Below, one piece after another: positions 59,994-64,000 of a stretch of DNA of 64,000 nucleotides. The notes under the pieces are model-generated. The model searched no databases, was not told where the DNA came from, and saw nothing but the letters and a program-made list of their open reading frames with translations. A program made the position numbers and the translations under genes. Positions within the stretch are counted from its first letter, which is position 1. Each line of letters starts with the position of its first letter. The stretch comes from Antedon mediterranea (lineage: Eukaryota > Animalia > Echinodermata), in assembly GCF_964355755.1 (NCBI RefSeq), contig NC_092673.1, forward strand, positions 7,316,001 through 7,380,000, written 5' to 3'.

Positions 59994-62900
59994 TCATTTA
60001 TGCATGTTGTCAATTAGCGTTCCCTTTGGTTTGGCTTTCTTTGCAATTTCTCTTGCAGCCTGTAAAAAAAAACATTGATAGTTGAAATCAGGTACTAGAA
60101 TCACCCTGCGACATTTCTCAGGGTGTCTTGCAAACTCATTTCACACTGTACAGGTAGTTGAGTGAAGGTTACATTTACTACTACAGAAAGAAACAGTAAC
60201 ATCATAATGCGATACACTATGATTTAATATGGATGTCATGCTCACATATACAGTCACCGTAACATGGATGCCATACTATGGCATTTATACACAGTAACAT
60301 AGAATAATGGCATACTATGGGCATGTATAGACACAGTAACATGGATGTCATACTATGGCACTTATATACAGTAACATGGATGTCATACTATGGCAATACA
60401 CACAGTAACATGGATGCCATATACCCACAGTAACATGGATGTCAAACTATGGCAACACAGTAACGGCATATACATACATGAATGTCATGCTACTGTATGT
60501 CAATACACACAGTAACATGGATGTCATGCTACTGTATGTCAATACACACAGTAACATGGATGTCATGCTACTGTATGTCAATACACACAGTAACATGGAT
60601 GTCATGCTACTGTATGTCAATACACACAGTAACATGGATGTCATGCTACTGTATGTCAATACACACAGTAACATGAATGTCATGCTACTGTATGTCAATA
60701 CACACAGTAACATGGATGTCATGCTACTGTATGTCAATACACACAGTAACATGGATGTCATGCTACTGTATGTCAATACACACAGTAACATGGATGTCAT
60801 GCTACTGTATGTCAATACACACAGTAACATGGATGTCATGCTACTGTTCAATACACACAGTAACATGGATGTCATGCTACTGTTCAATACACACAGTAAC
60901 ATGGATGGCATGCTACTGTATGTCAATACACACAGGAACATGAATGTCATGCTACTGTTCAATACACACAGTAACATGGATGGCATGCTACTGTATGTCA
61001 ATACACACAGGAACATGGATGTCATGCTACTGTATGTCAATACACACAGTAACATGGATGTCATGCTACTGTATGTCAATACACACAGTAACATGGATGG
61101 CATGCTACTGTATGTCAATACACACAGGAACATGGATGTCATGCTACTGTATGTCAATACACACAGTAACATGGATGTCATGCTACTGTATGTCAATACA
61201 CACAGGAACATGGATGTCATGCTACTGTATGTCAATACACACAGTAACATGGATGTCATGCTACTGTATGTCAATACACACAGGAACATGGATGGCATGC
61301 TACTGTATGTCAATACACACAGTAACATGGATGTCATGCTACTGTATGTCAATACACACAGTAACATGGATGTCATGCTACTATATGTCAATACACACAG
61401 TAACATGGATGTCATGCTACTGTATGTCAATACACACAGTAACATGGATGTCATGCTACTGTATGTCAATACACACAGTAACATGGATGTCATGCTACTG
61501 TATGTCAATACACACAGTAACATGGATGTCATGCTACTGTATGTCAATACACACAGTAACATGGATGTCATGCTACTGTATGTCAATACACACAGTAACA
61601 TGGATGTCATGCTAATGTATGTCAATACACACAGTAACATGGATGTCATGCTACTGTATGTCAATACACACAGTAACATGGATGTCATGCTACTGTATGT
61701 CAATACACACAGTAACATGGATGTCATGCTACTGTATGTCAATACACACAGTAACATGGATGGCATGCTACTGTATGTCAATACACACAGTAACATGGAT
61801 GTCATGCTACTGTATGTCAATACACACAGTAACATGGATGGCATGCTACTGTATGTCAATACACACAGTAACATGGATGTCATGCTACTGTATGTCAATA
61901 CACACAGTAACATGGATGTCATGCTACTGTATGTCAATACACACAGTAACATGGATGGCATGCTACTGTATGTCAATACACACAATAACATGGATGTCAT
62001 GCTACTGTATGTCAATACACACAGGAACATGGATGTCATGCTACTGTATGTCAATACACACAATAACATGGATGTCATGCTACTGTATGTCAATACACAC
62101 AGGAACATGGATGTCATGCTACTGTATGTCAATACACACAGTAACATGGATGTCATGCTACTGTATGTCAATACACACAGTAACATGAATGTCATGCTAC
62201 TGTTCAATACACACAGTAACATGGATGTCATGCTACTGTATGTCAATACACACAGTAACATGGATGTCATGCTACTGTATGTCAATACACACAGTAACAT
62301 GGATGTCATGCTACTGTATGTCAATACACACAGTAACATGGATGTCACGTTACTGTATGTCCATACACACAGTAACATGGATGTCATGCTACTGTATGTC
62401 AATACACACAGTAACATGGATGTCATGCTACTGTATGTCAATACACACAGTAACATGGATGTCATGCTACTGTATGTCAATACACACAGTAACATGGATG
62501 TCATGCTACTGTATGTCAATACACACAGTAACATGGATGTCATGCTACTGTATGTCAATACACACAGTAACATGGATGTCATGCTACTGTATGTCAATAC
62601 ACACAGTAACATGGATGTCATGCTACTGTATGTCAATACACACAGTAACATGGATGTCATGCTACTGTATGTCAATACACACAGTAACATACTATAAAAT
62701 ACTGTACACATGTAATTGAGTTTTCAAATTGTAGGCTTACCTCCTCCATTTTCCGTTTTGTTATCCCCTTTCTTTCCAATTGCTTCTCAATCACTCTTGC
62801 ATTCTGTGCATAGGAATCTGCAATTTCTCTCTATATATGCAATTAAGAAAAAGATATATAAATTTCAAAGATTCAAAAGGTAATCTCACATGACAAAGTC

Positions 62901-63637
62901 AGAAATAAAATAAACTTTATAAGCTGTAGAACTTTAAAGCAATCTCTCAATGGTTACCCTTAAATAGAAGAATAAAAAAACACTGACCGCTTCAATCTCG
63001 TCCTCTTCTTCATCAATTGTTGAGACAGTCACTGAACTGTATTTACCCATTTCCTTTGTTCTTTTTGTGACCATAACCTACAAAGCAAAAAAAAAGCCTT
63101 ACATTATCTTATATTACAGCCTTTTGTGACATTTCTTTTCATGTGACACTTTCCTGTGAAATGAACGAGGGTCATTAACACTATGGCCAACCGGGGTTCA
63201 CTCTTAATAGTGGTTCTAGTATACACTGTGACGGATCTTTAATAGAATGGACATGCTCGGGACCAAGACAACACAGTCAAAGATGTAACGCAGAGGTCTG
63301 GTTTAGGGACACTAAGTGCCTCAGGCGTCTTTAGCTTTTTAAATTTTAATGCCTTTTTGTTCCTCTGGGCCATTGTGTTTAGCCAGTGAGCACTCATAGC
63401 CGTTGTGCCACTGAACACAGCTAGGCTGGAAAGGATGGGGTGAGCTAGTTGATGAGATGAGCAATTTTTAGTATATTATAATTGTAAATTCTAACCTTTT
63501 TATTACGCTTTAGATCATCTTTGACAGGTAGTGGTTTCAGCGCTGGTCCCTCACCACTAGTGTACACAGCTCCATCTACTACAAACAATACACTGGTGTC
63601 TTTCTCTTTGTGGTGATAGAACAATCGTAAACCGCAT
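59994..63637 (-). CDS. STEEP1: STING ER exit protein (UPF0428/CXorf56) orthologue, last four coding exons; 5' part lies outside the window
   Basis: Exons 63496-63637 (CGLRLFY...LFVVDGAV), 62988-63077 ([30 protein letters not shown]), 62741-62830 ([22 protein letters not shown]...), 59994-60059 ([21 protein letters not shown]). GT-AG sites in phase; closely matches the recalled human CXorf56 C-terminus. Confidence 0.95.
60475..62690. repeat. 39-bp minisatellite (ATGGATGTCATGCTACTGTATGTCAATACACACAGTAAC), about 57 copies, in the last STEEP1 intron
   Basis: Highly homogeneous tandem units with a few recurring variants; degenerate units extend left to about 60228. Confidence 0.98.
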
Positions 63638-64000
63638 CTACGATAAATAAATAACACTTTGGAGTAAAAATAAGGAAATAAAGGACCATCAAACCACATA
63701 CATACTATAACAGAACAAACCATGGGGATCAGTATGGAGGCAATGCATTCTGGCAAGCAATGGATAAAGATTCTCCATGACCCACCTGTTGGTACAGTAC
63801 AGTACCTACACTCACCACATCTCCTAATGAAAATATAGAATATTGTTAAAATCACCGACTGCTATTGAGCAACAGATTAGGTCATTCATTTACTACCATG
63901 TCCATCTAGTTAGAGGATTTGGTTCACAGAATCAGATGATAAACAAAAAAGTGGTAATGGTGGTATTGTGAACTCTATCTTGGATGCGTCCACTGGAGGA

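Noticed and set aside
60439-62719. ORFs of 752 and 754 aa on both strands, and a superficially CRISPR-like periodicity
   Set aside because: Pure 39-bp tandem repeat with no unique spacers, inside a STEEP1 intron; the open frames are a by-product of a stop-free unit.

Overview
Eukaryotic, AT-rich, intron-rich animal genomic DNA; an invertebrate deuterostome such as an echinoderm is plausible, but that is inference only. The + strand carries a near-complete RAPGEF1/C3G (Rap1 GEF) orthologue. I read a candidate first coding exon at 12581-12647 and 19 phase-consistent GT-AG exons from 32598 to 54254, giving about 1049 aa. The - strand carries the last four coding exons of STEEP1/CXorf56 (59994-63637), convergent with RAPGEF1, with a 2.2-kb 39-bp minisatellite in its last intron. 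The rest is dominated by DNA transposon relics. These include a 3.56-kb fully palindromic AcademX derivative built from two head-to-head 3' ends (5001-8559), an intron-containing, internally deleted Academ element (27581-31241), a composite Harbinger-like element, piggyBac/Harbinger/P-like MITEs (one only 32 bp), a tRNA-derived SINE and a near-perfect intronic inverted duplication. No CRISPR, rRNA or bona fide tRNA gene was seen. Most ORFs in the supplied track are spurious. All homology calls are from recalled family motifs, not from database searches.
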